Below are positions 18,433 to 28,162 of a stretch of DNA of 42,957 bases, piece by piece (the stretch's first letter is position 1; the number at the start of each line of letters is the position of its first letter). Below the pieces are notes generated by a model. It was given only the letters and a program-made list of their open reading frames with translations. It was not told the DNA's origin and ran no database searches. The DNA comes from a virus. Lineage: Duplodnaviria > Caudoviricetes. The DNA lies in IMG/VR virus record IMGVR_UViG_3300033076_000603, positions 1 through 42,957 of that record; one strand, given 5' to 3'. The translations under genes and the position numbers were made by a program.

Positions 18433-19611
18433 TTAAACAGCAGCGGGATTGATTAGACCAGACTTGTCGACAGCGCCAGTGATTGGACTGTAGTTGTTGG
18501 TAAAACCAAACGCACCGCCAGTGCCAGTCGCAATCCAAATACCTGCGGTTGCGTCAAGCTGGTACAGATAGTTATCGTACGCATGGCCTGTCCAACCAGT
18601 TCCAGAAGTCGAAATAAACGATCCGCCAGTTGAGCTGGTGTTTGGACGCTCCAGGTGGTTACGCGCAAACTCAAAGTTAGTTATGTTATTAGCACCAGCT
18701 GCGAGCATACAGGCCGTATCGTTTAAGATTGCAAAACAACCAAAGTTATCTGAGATCTTAAAACGATCTTGAGCGGCGGTCATCTTGATAGCTGTTGTAG
18801 CTGCGGTAGTTCCAAGACTAGAAATAACACAGTTAGTAAATGACAACCCTGCCATTGATTGGGCAGTTCCCGAACCTGTTACAATACTAACAAAGTTCAA
18901 AACGCTACTGATATCACGGAACTCGCAAGAGTCAATCGAAAAGTCTTGCGGGCCCGTTGTAATAGTCCCCGATGCAAAGGTCTGGCCAAAACTGACTACA
19001 TACACGCCAATGCCGCCAGTTGTACCGGAGGTCTGCGACTGGATTCGAGTGCCGGGAATAATACCAGTTCCCATAATAGCTGCGCCAGGGTACAGCGTAC
19101 CACTGCCAACCGCGGTAACAGTCATTGTAGTCGAGGCAATCGAGGCCGTAACGCTTGCGCTGACGCCTGTAAACGCCGAAGCAACAGCTGCGAAATTGCA
19201 AAGAAACAAGCAATTCTGAATACTGATGCCGGAGCCAGTAACTGGAATATTAGCTGTTGCTGCGGTAGTGAACATGAAAGTCGGACGCGAAGCGCCGCTG
19301 CCCATGCCAAGAATAGCTACGTCAGACGAGGTAAGTAGCAAGACCGTAGCAGATGAAATACTTTCAAAGTGCCCTGCATTTACAACTACAATATCACCGC
19401 GTCCAGGCATTGTCTGCGTAAGCGCAAAATTAAGTGTGGCAAACGGATCAAGGTAAGTACCCCGATTACCGTCGCTGCCAGCGCGAGCTTGAGGATTGAG
19501 CTGAACTGAGTTATCAACCCAGTATACCTGGCCGGGTTGCGTCTGCAGAATGGGCATACCGCGAACACTGACGCCGTTAGAAAAACCGTGGGGGAAATTA
19601 GTAAAAGGCAT
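18433..19611 (-). CDS. virion structural protein (possible head fibre or decoration, beta-helix-like)
   Basis: Directly after the capsid gene; TNFPHG N-terminus; GSDGNRGT...PFATL motif. Confidence 0.6.
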   Translation of the reverse strand: MPFTNFPHGFSNGVSVRGMPILQTQPGQVYWVDNSVQLNPQARAGSDGNRGTYLDPFATLNFALTQTMPGRGDIVVVNAGHFESISSATVLLLTSSDVAILGMGSGASRPTFMFTTAATANIPVTGSGISIQNCLFLCNFAAVASAFTGVSASVTASIASTTMTVTAVGSGTLYPGAAIMGTGIIPGTRIQSQTSGTTGGIGVYVVSFGQTFASGTITTGPQDFSIDSCEFRDISSVLNFVSIVTGSGTAQSMAGLSFTNCVISSLGTTAATTAIKMTAAQDRFKISDNFGCFAILNDTACMLAAGANNITNFEFARNHLERPNTSSTGGSFISTSGTGWTGHAYDNYLYQLDATAGIWIATGTGGAFGFTNNYSPITGAVDKSGLINPAAV

Positions 19612-19674
19612 TTAAAACTCCTAAATGGGATTGCATTGCAACCAAAAAACTTACTGGAACTGCCAGTCCATTTC

Positions 19675-19702
19675 GCGCGGATTACGGTTAAATAATCCGC
19701 GC
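19675..19702. promoter_or_regulatory. 28-bp palindromic site A (GCGCGGATTA-N8-TAATCCGCGC)
   Basis: Perfect 10-bp inverted repeat in the intergenic region after the capsid gene; one of five copies. Confidence 0.7.
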
Positions 19703-19719
19703 TAACTTACAACAAAACC

Positions 19720-20640
19720 TTAAGGCCCATTGCTTCCGTAGATACCACGTGGGTCAGTGCACCCGACGCTCATACGCATATAGCTTGCGGCTTTTGCGTT
19801 TTTGGTGTCAAAGTCGTTGTCCTGATCGAACATCGGCTCATCACGCCAGAAGAACGTCATACCATTCGGGCAGTTAGTCCGAATAAACCACGCGTGAGGC
19901 GCGGTGAAGTAATGGTTCATCTTGATGCCCTTGGGGAAGGCATTAGTAGCTTTCAACACGTTGATGTTGTTGTTAGCTGTGTTGGATTGCAACACCGACT
20001 GTAAGATGCGATTGGCATTGTACCATTCCTGACGAGAAATGTGCAGTGACTCGGGCATGATGTTGATCAGCAAGCCTGTATCATTTTGCGCACCCATGAT
20101 CTGGATGGTTAGATCTTCCAACGCAGCTTCGGACAAGTCAGCCGCAGGGCTCAGCGCATTGCTAAACGTACCACCGGTAGCGTTGATGTGGCTGGTAGAA
20201 ACCAGTGACGCACCATCGCCAGTCGTAAAGTAAGTCGTCGAGAAAGCGTTGTTGTAAGGGAAAGCCCCCACGTTCTCCGTTGTCTGGTTCATCGAGAAAG
20301 CGTTAGCTTCCGCGCGCCGAGTCGCTACCTCTTTGTACTGGTTGTCACGCAGTTCTTCAAAGGTCACGATATAGCCAAGCGCATACGCAACGTGCGTATA
20401 GGTATTGACAACACCTTGAACTTCGCCGTCATACGTCACTGGAGCGCCCTGTGCCTTGACCGGAGCCAAGCCAAATGGAGTCACCTGCACGCCTTGTTCA
20501 TACGCTTTGTCTGACATCTTGATATCGTACAAATCCGTATATTCCTTGGCGTGGGAGTCATAAACCTGACCCCACGTAGTATACACCCCCGGCCACAAAA
20601 GCTTTGGGTGACTGCCTGTGTTAATTACACCGCCTGCCAT
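19720..20640 (-). CDS. major capsid protein
   Basis: 306 aa; LLWPG...SDKAYE...YALGY...DLSEAALE...HYFTAPHAWFIRT...DFDT...DPRGIYGS pattern of podovirus HK97-fold capsids; strong RBS. Confidence 0.85.
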   Translation of the reverse strand: MAGGVINTGSHPKLLWPGVYTTWGQVYDSHAKEYTDLYDIKMSDKAYEQGVQVTPFGLAPVKAQGAPVTYDGEVQGVVNTYTHVAYALGYIVTFEELRDNQYKEVATRRAEANAFSMNQTTENVGAFPYNNAFSTTYFTTGDGASLVSTSHINATGGTFSNALSPAADLSEAALEDLTIQIMGAQNDTGLLINIMPESLHISRQEWYNANRILQSVLQSNTANNNINVLKATNAFPKGIKMNHYFTAPHAWFIRTNCPNGMTFFWRDEPMFDQDNDFDTKNAKAASYMRMSVGCTDPRGIYGSNGP

Positions 20641-20652
20641 AATATATCTCCT

Positions 20653-21261
20653 TTAGACGCCAGCGGCGCCGGTACCTGTGCCAAGTTCGTGCACGTTGAT
20701 CTTCACAAGGTGCTTGGCATAGGCGCCAAACGCATTGTCCTGAGTGCGAACCAAGCCCATCAGACGAAGCTGGAGGGTTGCGGTAGTCGCGGGAGTTGCG
20801 CCAGTAGCACTACGCAGCAGCCAGCCCGAGATGAATCCGTTACCAGTGCCAATGACTGGAATAGTATTCAACCCAATTTGGGAAGCTGCAAGTGCAGTAC
20901 CGTTGGACTCTTCTTGGATAGAAAAAATCACATTTGGATCATCTACAACCATTGCGTACCAATCAGTTGTCTGCGCAGCGGCGGGACGATAAGCCACGTT
21001 GGGATTGATAATGTTAGCTGGAAGGCCTTCAGAAGACCCCAAACCAACAATCACGCCGCGAAGTGCGCCAGTTGCAGCGCCAAGCACAACGCCTGGAACG
21101 CCGTTTGCATCAGCGGTTCCACTGCTAATTACAGGGTCGCCAATGTAGAGTGCGGTAGCATAAGCCGCCGCGATAGAGTAAAGCCGAGCTTGACCACTCC
21201 AGGGCGAACCACTAAGGTACTGCACTGGTGTAAAGCCACTCGGACGATTAGCATTTGCCAT
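20653..21261 (-). CDS. capsid-associated (cement/decoration-like) protein
   Basis: MANANRPSGFTPV...IGDPV...VVDDPNVIF motif; directly upstream of the capsid gene. Confidence 0.65.
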   Translation of the reverse strand: MANANRPSGFTPVQYLSGSPWSGQARLYSIAAAYATALYIGDPVISSGTADANGVPGVVLGAATGALRGVIVGLGSSEGLPANIINPNVAYRPAAAQTTDWYAMVVDDPNVIFSIQEESNGTALAASQIGLNTIPVIGTGNGFISGWLLRSATGATPATTATLQLRLMGLVRTQDNAFGAYAKHLVKINVHELGTGTGAAGV

Positions 21262-21276
21262 GAAAATCTCCGTAGG

Positions 21277-21792
21277 TTAAGCGCTTCTGCGCTTGGATTT
21301 GAAAAAGTCCGGAATTTGAGTTTTCGTTTTGTCTACATAGCGGTGCTGGGCGTCGCCTGGGCGATCGTTTTCTGCTCCAATCATTCCGCCAAGAAGAGAC
21401 TCACGAATCTTCGAATTTTTAGCCTCAACCAGTACCTGGTCTTCGTCCCACCACTCTTGCTTAATTTTCATTAAAACCAGCCGAGTTGGTTGACCATCTT
21501 TTCCTACCTCTTGCCCGGAGACAACACTTACTCTTGAGCCCATATCGGTATTCCCGCTGACGCTAGATTCGCCACCAAGACTTACGTTATTGAGTTTCAT
21601 CTCGTACTCGTTTACAAACTCGTACCCACCGTCGATAGCCCGCTGAAGGCGCTCTGGGGTATTCAGAAACCAATGCAGGTGATAGCCAGGCAGCTCCGCC
21701 ACTTCAAGGCGTTGCACCGGCACTGACATTGGGATGCGCTTACGCTCACGCGCGACGCTGCTTTTTGTATTTGCAGGGTTAAGCAATTCCAT
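21277..21792 (-). CDS. conserved head-module hypothetical protein
   Basis: PGYHLHW...GYEFV...LVLMKI pattern; lies between the scaffold and capsid genes. Confidence 0.65.
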   Translation of the reverse strand: MELLNPANTKSSVARERKRIPMSVPVQRLEVAELPGYHLHWFLNTPERLQRAIDGGYEFVNEYEMKLNNVSLGGESSVSGNTDMGSRVSVVSGQEVGKDGQPTRLVLMKIKQEWWDEDQVLVEAKNSKIRESLLGGMIGAENDRPGDAQHRYVDKTKTQIPDFFKSKRRSA

Positions 21793-21794
21793 TT

Positions 21795-22649
21795 TTATTC
21801 TCCGAAATATATCTCAGCGTACCGATTACGCCACTCTTGTTGACTCTTGTACTTTTTGTCACTGCCTACAAAACGGCGAGAATCCGCGTCGCAAGCGGCA
21901 CGTGCGTCCGCTGGCATTGCAGCGTAGCCTTTACGACCGTTGCTGCGCACTTCACTGTCAGAGCCATTTCGAGCACCTTCAACTTTGTCACCACGCGGGG
22001 TCTCGCCACCGCCGAGTTCTTTTGCAACTTCCGCTGCAACTTTGTCAAAGAAGGCTCGACCAACTCCGGACTCGCCGGCGTCTCGTAGTTCCTGGGCAAT
22101 GCCTAAGGCCAATGCAGTTTTACGTTTGTTTGTGCCGAACCAAGGGTTCTCAGCATTCCACTCTGCAAGATCGGGCGGTGGTTGAAATACCTGTGGGGCT
22201 TCCGGAGGCGCTTGCTTGACAGCTGGTGTAGGAGTCGTGTTCAGCTGCGTAAGCCGATCAGTTAACTCTGCTACTCCATCATGGTCACCTGCTTCAGAAG
22301 CCGCCGACAGTTGCAATTTTACCTGGCGACGCGCTGCTTCTACAGCTTTTTGCGTGTCGACTGTATGCCGCTCTTCAATCTGAGAAATGGAATCTTGAGC
22401 TGCCTTTAGCGCAGCTACGGTTTTCCGGGATTCTCCGCGCAGATTTTCAAGTTCTGCGTGTAGCCGTTTGTTTTGCTCTTTAACGATTGGCAGCACAGCT
22501 TCACCGCGCTCGATGTAAACGTCAGCATCGACAAAACGCTCAGGATCGCCGCGAAAGCGGGACGGAGGAATCCAGCCCATTTTTTCCGCAGCTTGCTGCA
22601 CCTCAGCTGGCGCAACGCTTTCTACACTTGCAATGTTTTCATCAGCCAT
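21795..22649 (-). CDS. scaffolding protein
   Basis: ATG 22649 with GAGGAG RBS; MGWIP...FVDA motif, coiled coil, WNAENPWF. Confidence 0.7.
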   Translation of the reverse strand: MADENIASVESVAPAEVQQAAEKMGWIPPSRFRGDPERFVDADVYIERGEAVLPIVKEQNKRLHAELENLRGESRKTVAALKAAQDSISQIEERHTVDTQKAVEAARRQVKLQLSAASEAGDHDGVAELTDRLTQLNTTPTPAVKQAPPEAPQVFQPPPDLAEWNAENPWFGTNKRKTALALGIAQELRDAGESGVGRAFFDKVAAEVAKELGGGETPRGDKVEGARNGSDSEVRSNGRKGYAAMPADARAACDADSRRFVGSDKKYKSQQEWRNRYAEIYFGE

Positions 22650-22977
22650 GCTCAGTCTCCTCGTGCGTAATAGCACAGAATATATCTCGGTCGTTTACCA
22701 AACGGTAGATGATTCCATCTGCCGGCCCTTTTGCCATGAAACCTGCAAACTTTGTCACCAGTACGCGGTCGCCGATAACTGCGCGCGGAGTCGGTTCATC
22801 ATGCCAGGCGCTAGGCCCAACAGCAACAACTACAGCACGGTTATCCACCATGCTTAAGCGTCCTTGAACAGACTCTGGTAACACTATCTGAGCTCCTCTG
22901 CGTTCGGGTTCGTAAAGTTTAATCAGTACCGCCACTCCGCGTGGTTCCAGGCCCGATGTGTTTATCACCTCTGTCAT
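22642..22977 (-). CDS. groES: GroES-like co-chaperonin
   Basis: LEPRGVAVLI...IVLP...VVAVGP...GDRVLVTKFAG...YRLVNDRDI. Confidence 0.85.
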   Translation of the reverse strand: MTEVINTSGLEPRGVAVLIKLYEPERRGAQIVLPESVQGRLSMVDNRAVVVAVGPSAWHDEPTPRAVIGDRVLVTKFAGFMAKGPADGIIYRLVNDRDIFCAITHEETEHG

Positions 22978-23215
22978 CTAACTCTCCTATGTATTGCTCA
23001 TAATCTAGGTCTTGAACAAAAGCATAGCCTTTGCAAGTACCAATATTCCCCACGTTAGTCAGAGCCATTGCGCGCTCGTCGTAATCGGTGAAGGATCCAC
23101 CTTCCCAAGCATGGCGCATTTCATCGCGTTTCTTGGCAAGGATTTCCATCACTGCCAGTGTTACTGGATGTGACTTCCATTCTTCGAACTCGTGTTCAGT
23201 TATAGCTCGTGTCAT
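22919..23215 (-). CDS. hypothetical protein downstream of portal
   Basis: FEEWKSHPVT motif; ATGA overlap with the portal stop. Confidence 0.65.
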   Translation of the reverse strand: MTRAITEHEFEEWKSHPVTLAVMEILAKKRDEMRHAWEGGSFTDYDERAMALTNVGNIGTCKGYAFVQDLDYEQYIGELDDRGDKHIGPGTTRSGGTD

Positions 23216-25284
23216 TTCTTAGATCTTTCTTGGCCAGTTGCAAGTCCTTGGATTCCGATATTATGGGCTGATTGTATTTTAGCCGCAGAAAGCAGGTGCT
23301 CGATTCTGGTGTTAATGTGCTCGTTCTCTGCGCGGACGCGCGCAATCTCCGCGTTGATGATAGCGACTTGAGCGTAAGCTTGTTCGGTCTGCGCGTTGGC
23401 AGCTTCGTTTTGGGCCTTTGCCATAAGTTCTATTATCTTCGCATTGTTCATACGCTTTTCTTCTTCCAGCGTAATCGCAAATTGTTGCATCTGGGCTTGC
23501 AAGGCAAGTTGCTGCTCTTGCAGACGCCCCTGGATTTTGGTCTCCTCGATCTGGAGCTTGGGGTCTTTTGCCGGAGGCTGGCCTTGCGTGCCCGTAAAAA
23601 TTAAAGGAATTCCGTCGATGCGCAAAGCCTTAAGATAGCGAACTTCTACAGCATCGCGATTGTACCCAGGAGTTGTCATGGCGGCTTGTTTAAGCGCACC
23701 GGCCATCTGCAAGCGCATAGAATCACTGGTTACGTTTGGATCTGCTACAGGAGATATTTTATCCGTGCTGCCTTGATAGTCGGCGCGCGTAGCTCCACCA
23801 GGTTGCGGAACATCAAGTGGTAAAAACATTCCGTTGAGTTTAAACAGCTTAGAAAATTCTTCCTTAGACGAACGCCAAATGCGCTTAAAAATCGCTGTGT
23901 AAATCTTCTGCCCCATTTCCACCATAGTTTGCGTGGTTTGTGCTGGAGTATTCTGGCCGGGGTTTTCGCCAACAGTTATGTCGGTAGTTCCACTGACACG
24001 CGAAGTGTAGTTAATCAGCAAACTAAGCAACTGGAATAATACATCAGAAGGCGCATTGACGGGAAGTGGAAATATAGACTTGCGCAGGTCATCCCCAGTA
24101 GAATCTACGCGTTTCCACTCAAATGGAGCAATTGTGTAGACGCCACCACGAATCTTAGCACCACGACCCAAAAAGCCCCCGCCAGTCGTCTGCATAGTCC
24201 CGGCATCAAGCAGCATATTGACTAGAGAATTAACTGCCTCGTTAAGCGGCCCAAGGAAAACGCCAAAGCCAATGTCATAGATTCCGCCATCTGGACTTGG
24301 AATAAAGGTCTTTTTAGTAAAGTATTCCATTGCATTGATGCGGATAATCTTGCCTTTATGCGGCCCACTAGCTACCCGTTCAATGTCACTTTCGCGGTCA
24401 AAGCGAGTTACAATACGAACTACGTACTTGGAAGTAGACTCAAAGGTAATGATGTAAGGTTCAGCATAACCATCTCCATCCAAGTCCATGTTGCAATGCT
24501 GCTCAAGGAACATGAGGGCAGTAGTTTCATCGGGCGGCGGGGGAATTAGTCCCTGACGATTGTCCTGATTAACCCGCTGCAGTGTAGAAATCGTCGGCGA
24601 CGGAGCGTGCATATACCAAGGCTGCTCAAGCACATCGCAGAAAACGCCGCGCATAACTTTTTCGTAAACTTCGTTACGGAACATTGGAAGCTTGTGGGTC
24701 TTACGGGGAGAATCCTCGACGGACTTGCTCCAGTAATCCAGCACTAGGTCTTTTGCAAGTACAAGTTCACTGACATTATGGCCAAGCGAGGCGGAATAGT
24801 AAGATTTCTTAAAATTCGTACCGATAATGCTGAGGTTTAAGATCGCCTTGTCTTCTTGCTCTTCCCAAGTTTTATCTTGGTACAGCAATTGCCAGCTCAT
24901 GTGCGTAGAAACGCGATCAGCATGGGCAGAGTGCTCCCCTTGCGGGTCATCACCAAAGACTGTGCACTTGACAATGTCAGTTCCGTTAACAATAGCAGGG
25001 TAAGCGCGGGCGTGAAACTGCATTGCGGCAATAGTTACCAACGGAAACGCTACGTTACTGCAACCGGGCCACGGAAAAGTCTTGTCTTTCTGGATCTGCA
25101 GCGCCAAGTCCATACCAGACTCATTACGCTTCATCCAGATAGACCGAGAAGACTCATCTCGCGTGTAACCTGCGTGGCACTCTTCTCCAATTCTCCGCAG
25201 ATCGTTGGAGTCAAACAAGTCACAAAGGTTAGGCGAGCCTATTGCTTTGGCATTTAGAGTAATAGGCTTGTCAAGATTAAGCAT
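23212..25284 (-). CDS. portal protein
   Basis: 690 aa after TerL; KTFPWPGCSNV...QFHARAYP; C-terminal Gln-rich coiled-coil barrel. Confidence 0.85.
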   Translation of the reverse strand: MLNLDKPITLNAKAIGSPNLCDLFDSNDLRRIGEECHAGYTRDESSRSIWMKRNESGMDLALQIQKDKTFPWPGCSNVAFPLVTIAAMQFHARAYPAIVNGTDIVKCTVFGDDPQGEHSAHADRVSTHMSWQLLYQDKTWEEQEDKAILNLSIIGTNFKKSYYSASLGHNVSELVLAKDLVLDYWSKSVEDSPRKTHKLPMFRNEVYEKVMRGVFCDVLEQPWYMHAPSPTISTLQRVNQDNRQGLIPPPPDETTALMFLEQHCNMDLDGDGYAEPYIITFESTSKYVVRIVTRFDRESDIERVASGPHKGKIIRINAMEYFTKKTFIPSPDGGIYDIGFGVFLGPLNEAVNSLVNMLLDAGTMQTTGGGFLGRGAKIRGGVYTIAPFEWKRVDSTGDDLRKSIFPLPVNAPSDVLFQLLSLLINYTSRVSGTTDITVGENPGQNTPAQTTQTMVEMGQKIYTAIFKRIWRSSKEEFSKLFKLNGMFLPLDVPQPGGATRADYQGSTDKISPVADPNVTSDSMRLQMAGALKQAAMTTPGYNRDAVEVRYLKALRIDGIPLIFTGTQGQPPAKDPKLQIEETKIQGRLQEQQLALQAQMQQFAITLEEEKRMNNAKIIELMAKAQNEAANAQTEQAYAQVAIINAEIARVRAENEHINTRIEHLLSAAKIQSAHNIGIQGLATGQERSKK

Positions 25285-26757
25285 TTAATATCCTGTTACT
25301 GCAGAACGGCCGTCAGCACCAGAACTTGGCCGGCTCCAAAAACCTTTTTCCATTTCCCACTCGTCTTCGGTGAAGAAATCTTCAGGTTCTACATGAGTAA
25401 GATCGTCGAAGCCGCGACTAAGCAAAGCAGCTGCATCAAATTGATCGTCAAGGGTTGCCTGGGCAGTGCCGGTAAAGCGTAAGTTTTCCTGCTCAAAGTC
25501 CGCGTACCATTCTGCGCGCTTGTTAAAGCGACACTGGCCAGCTCGCATACGACGCTGGTAAGAGCGGCCACGCGTTCCTTTGTCTTTGACGGGCAGGATA
25601 GCTTCGAAGTTTATGCGTAGATCCCGCACTTGCATTTCGCGGTAAATCATGGACTTGACAGACTTCCAGATCACGCCATCCTCAACCCAAAAAACTTCCG
25701 GATTGTACTGTCGCTGAATATCAAACATTTCTTCAATCCATTCAGTCGGATCCCAGCGGCCCTTCCGAACATCAATGAAGTGCAAGATGTTATTAACATC
25801 CTTTCCGCCGATTACAAAAGCAGTACGGTTAGCTTTGTCCGCGCGAGATACTGCAAAATCGGCAGCCACGCAGATAATCTTATCCGTTTCATAGTCATCA
25901 CTTGACATATGCTTGAAATCGGCTTGTTTAAGAAATGCGTCGGAGTGATCAAGCGGGTTGTTTAAGAACTCTTGTGAGTAACCCGCAGAATCACCGTCTT
26001 CAATAAATTCTTGCCGACGCGCGCGAAGGTGCGCTTCAGTCCAACGCTCGGGCCAAAGCATTCCAGAGAAATCGTCAAAGCTTGCATGGGCAGAGTAAAA
26101 TAAATGCTGCCAAGTGCGGTTTTTGCGCAGGCGGGAAAGTAAAGAGTCGTCGTGCAAAATTGTACCGTGTACGCGGATCTTGCCGGATTTACTCAAAGCT
26201 TGCTTGGCGGCGCGAAAAAACCAAATACGAAACTTGCGGCGACGATCAGCATTTTCTACCTGTTCGTCATCTTCCATGTCATCGCAGACAAGAAGGTTAG
26301 GGCGTTTACCTTTCCACAAGCGGCCGCGGATACGTTGCTCAGCGCCGCGAGCTAAGATGCGGAACTTGTGCCCGTCAGTCATTTCTACAATAACGTCAGT
26401 CGTGGCGGTACGGTGAAACTTTTTAATTCCAAACTCACGAATCAAGTCTTCGTTTTCGGACAGTTCTTCCGTGATGTTACCAAGTTGCTCAGCCGCGCCG
26501 TCTTCTGTAGAACCTACCAAGATCACGTAATCGCTGGAACGAAAAAGAACTTCCGCCAGAATATAAACCATGGAAAGCGCGCTGGACTTTGCGTGATCTC
26601 GCGGAGCAATGACCATTGCGGAAGGTGCGTCAGACGTGTACAGCTTCCACGCTTCCCGGTGAAAGAAAGGCGTAGGGCATAACTGATCATACTTTGGCGA
26701 GATAAACGTCCCGCCAAAGGATTCAATTAAGTCTGCACTAAGCTGTACCTTGCTCAC
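25285..26757 (-). CDS. terL: terminase large subunit
   Basis: APRDHAKS (Walker A variant), LLVCDDMED (Walker B), YSQEFLN, nuclease motifs ADFA and DDQFDA. Confidence 0.92.
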   Translation of the reverse strand: MSKVQLSADLIESFGGTFISPKYDQLCPTPFFHREAWKLYTSDAPSAMVIAPRDHAKSSALSMVYILAEVLFRSSDYVILVGSTEDGAAEQLGNITEELSENEDLIREFGIKKFHRTATTDVIVEMTDGHKFRILARGAEQRIRGRLWKGKRPNLLVCDDMEDDEQVENADRRRKFRIWFFRAAKQALSKSGKIRVHGTILHDDSLLSRLRKNRTWQHLFYSAHASFDDFSGMLWPERWTEAHLRARRQEFIEDGDSAGYSQEFLNNPLDHSDAFLKQADFKHMSSDDYETDKIICVAADFAVSRADKANRTAFVIGGKDVNNILHFIDVRKGRWDPTEWIEEMFDIQRQYNPEVFWVEDGVIWKSVKSMIYREMQVRDLRINFEAILPVKDKGTRGRSYQRRMRAGQCRFNKRAEWYADFEQENLRFTGTAQATLDDQFDAAALLSRGFDDLTHVEPEDFFTEDEWEMEKGFWSRPSSGADGRSAVTGY

Positions 26758-27068
26758 GTTCCGGTAGCCTTTACAGTTAAGTATCCGTCAAGCACAAAAG
26801 TTTTGCTGGCGCTGGTTGTAATAACACAAGTAAGAATGTAGGTTACGCCAACCACCCCGCCTGTTATAGTCTGTGTTACTTGGGCGCCGCTGCTCGTCGC
26901 GCCACCGCTAATAATCGAGCTGGGGGACGCGTCCGTCCCAGAATAGACAGTTGCTGTAACGCTCGCGCTTGAGATGGTTTCACCAACGGCAAGGTACTGG
27001 GCGAAGTCAAAGACCGCGTAGAAGTTAGTGCTGGAGATTTTCGCATTAAAGATGCTCCGGTAACTCAT
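26754..27068 (-). CDS. phage fibre-tail adaptor-like protein
   Basis: FDFAQYLAVGETISS...TGGVVGVTYILTCVITTS pattern. Confidence 0.6.
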   Translation of the reverse strand: MSYRSIFNAKISSTNFYAVFDFAQYLAVGETISSASVTATVYSGTDASPSSIISGGATSSGAQVTQTITGGVVGVTYILTCVITTSASKTFVLDGYLTVKATGT

Positions 27069-27340
27069 AAAGTGAAACCTCCGGCACTTCCCAACATGGG
27101 TGTTAAAAGCGCAAGCGCAAACACTATGGCAGAAGGCCAGAAGTAATTAAAAGACACGCGCGCCGGCAAGGGTTTTTTGGGGGAAGAGGAGGCACCACTT
27201 TCTCGGGGGAGGTGGTTTCCAGGGCAAAAAAACAGCCGGCTTAACAGGGATAGCGCGCCGGCAAGGAAACAGCCTTTCTGGGGAAGGCCAAACAGCCGGG
27301 GACAAACAGCCAAACAGCCAACAGCCGGGGACAGGGTCAT
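27065..27340 (-). CDS. questionable ORF over a repeat-rich tract
   Basis: ATGA overlaps at both ends support it, but the protein is atypical and the DNA carries out-of-frame repeats. Confidence 0.3.
   Translation of the reverse strand: MTLSPAVGCLAVCPRLFGLPQKGCFLAGALSLLSRLFFCPGNHLPRESGASSSPKKPLPARVSFNYFWPSAIVFALALLTPMLGSAGGFTL
27231..27326 (+). repeat. six copies of AACAGCC
   Basis: Copies start at 27231, 27268, 27291, 27305, 27313 and 27320. Confidence 0.8.
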
Positions 27341-27630
27341 TTCTTGTTCCTCGCGGAAATGGCGGCAGCCTTGGCTTTAGCGTCGGCCTTGCTAGAAGCG
27401 CCCCAGGCCTGGAGAGACAGGAGCAAGCGGGTCGGCTTACCGTCCTTGCGTTCGGGGCCTGGCATGCTGCCCATGCGAGCAAGAAAGGAAGCGCGGCGCG
27501 GGTTGTCGCCGGACTTGACAGGCGCCTTGAGCGTCCCGCCAGTCTCGGCGTGGTACGATGCTCTGCCGGCGGCATTGAGCCCGCCCTTCGGGTTCTTGCC
27601 AGCCTTGGTTTGCCAGGCGGGAGATTTCAT
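27337..27630 (-). CDS. small basic protein (DUF6321-like)
   Basis: GKNPKGGLNAAGRASY...RRASFLARM...SLQAW. Confidence 0.75.
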   Translation of the reverse strand: MKSPAWQTKAGKNPKGGLNAAGRASYHAETGGTLKAPVKSGDNPRRASFLARMGSMPGPERKDGKPTRLLLSLQAWGASSKADAKAKAAAISARNKK

Positions 27631-27773
27631 TTCTTCTTTGCCGTTTTAGCGGAGTCTTTAAAATCTTTAGCCGTCGGCGCGCCCGGAGCACCAGGCTTCT
27701 TCATGCGTTCGCCGGAGCCGGCTTTGATGCGAGCTTTCTTCGCATTGATGTTAGCGTAGAGGCCCGGTTTCAT
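27627..27773 (-). CDS. small basic protein (48 aa, MKPGLYANINAKK...)
   Basis: Hand-read ORF with ATGA overlaps on both sides; widespread phage family. Confidence 0.75.
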   Translation of the reverse strand: MKPGLYANINAKKARIKAGSGERMKKPGAPGAPTAKDFKDSAKTAKKK

Positions 27774-27934
27774 TTCTTAGCCTTCATGTGCGTTGCGGTA
27801 CGCTGGCCACGCTTTGGCAACCCGGCAGTACGCATGGCCATTGCTACGGCCTGCTTTTGTGGCCGACCTGATTTCATCTCCGTGCGAATGTTCGCGGAGA
27901 TTGTCTTTTTCGAGGAACCTTTGGCGAGTGGCAT
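27770..27934 (-). CDS. small basic protein (54 aa, MPLAKGSSKKTISANI...)
   Basis: Hand-read ORF; GRPQKQAVAMA motif; ATGA overlap. Confidence 0.75.
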   Translation of the reverse strand: MPLAKGSSKKTISANIRTEMKSGRPQKQAVAMAMRTAGLPKRGQRTATHMKAKK

Positions 27935-27940
27935 GGCGGC

Positions 27941-28162
27941 TTAACACCCACCCGCAAGGGTAAAGTGCATCCTCACTGGTACAGCGTCGGTAGGGGCGAA
28001 CTGGTTCTGCTGGGCCGCCGACCGCAGGGGCACCAGGTTGCGATCCACAAACTTCCCATGTTCATCACTACCCATAGGCCAGGTAACCGTACGAAGGGTT
28101 GGAGTCTTACCGACTTTACAGACCGCCGGCTTGCCGCCGAATGTACACTTAGGACTAGACAT
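27941..28162 (-). CDS. hypothetical protein
   Basis: 73-aa ORF with AAGGAG RBS in the late operon. Confidence 0.55.
   Translation of the reverse strand: MSSPKCTFGGKPAVCKVGKTPTLRTVTWPMGSDEHGKFVDRNLVPLRSAAQQNQFAPTDAVPVRMHFTLAGGC

Noticed and set aside
19656-19683. Intergenic GGAACT after the capsid gene
   Set aside because: No GTCTAA downstream and wrong orientation for the late operon.
19675-19702. 28-bp palindrome as a dif/Xer site
   Set aside because: The length fits but the arms do not match the XerC/XerD consensus, and five dispersed copies are unlike an attP.
20551-21474. 307-aa plus-strand ORF and other long antisense ORFs (e.g. 31942..32634, 40945..41580)
   Set aside because: Shadow frames opposite well-supported genes, with no motifs or RBS.
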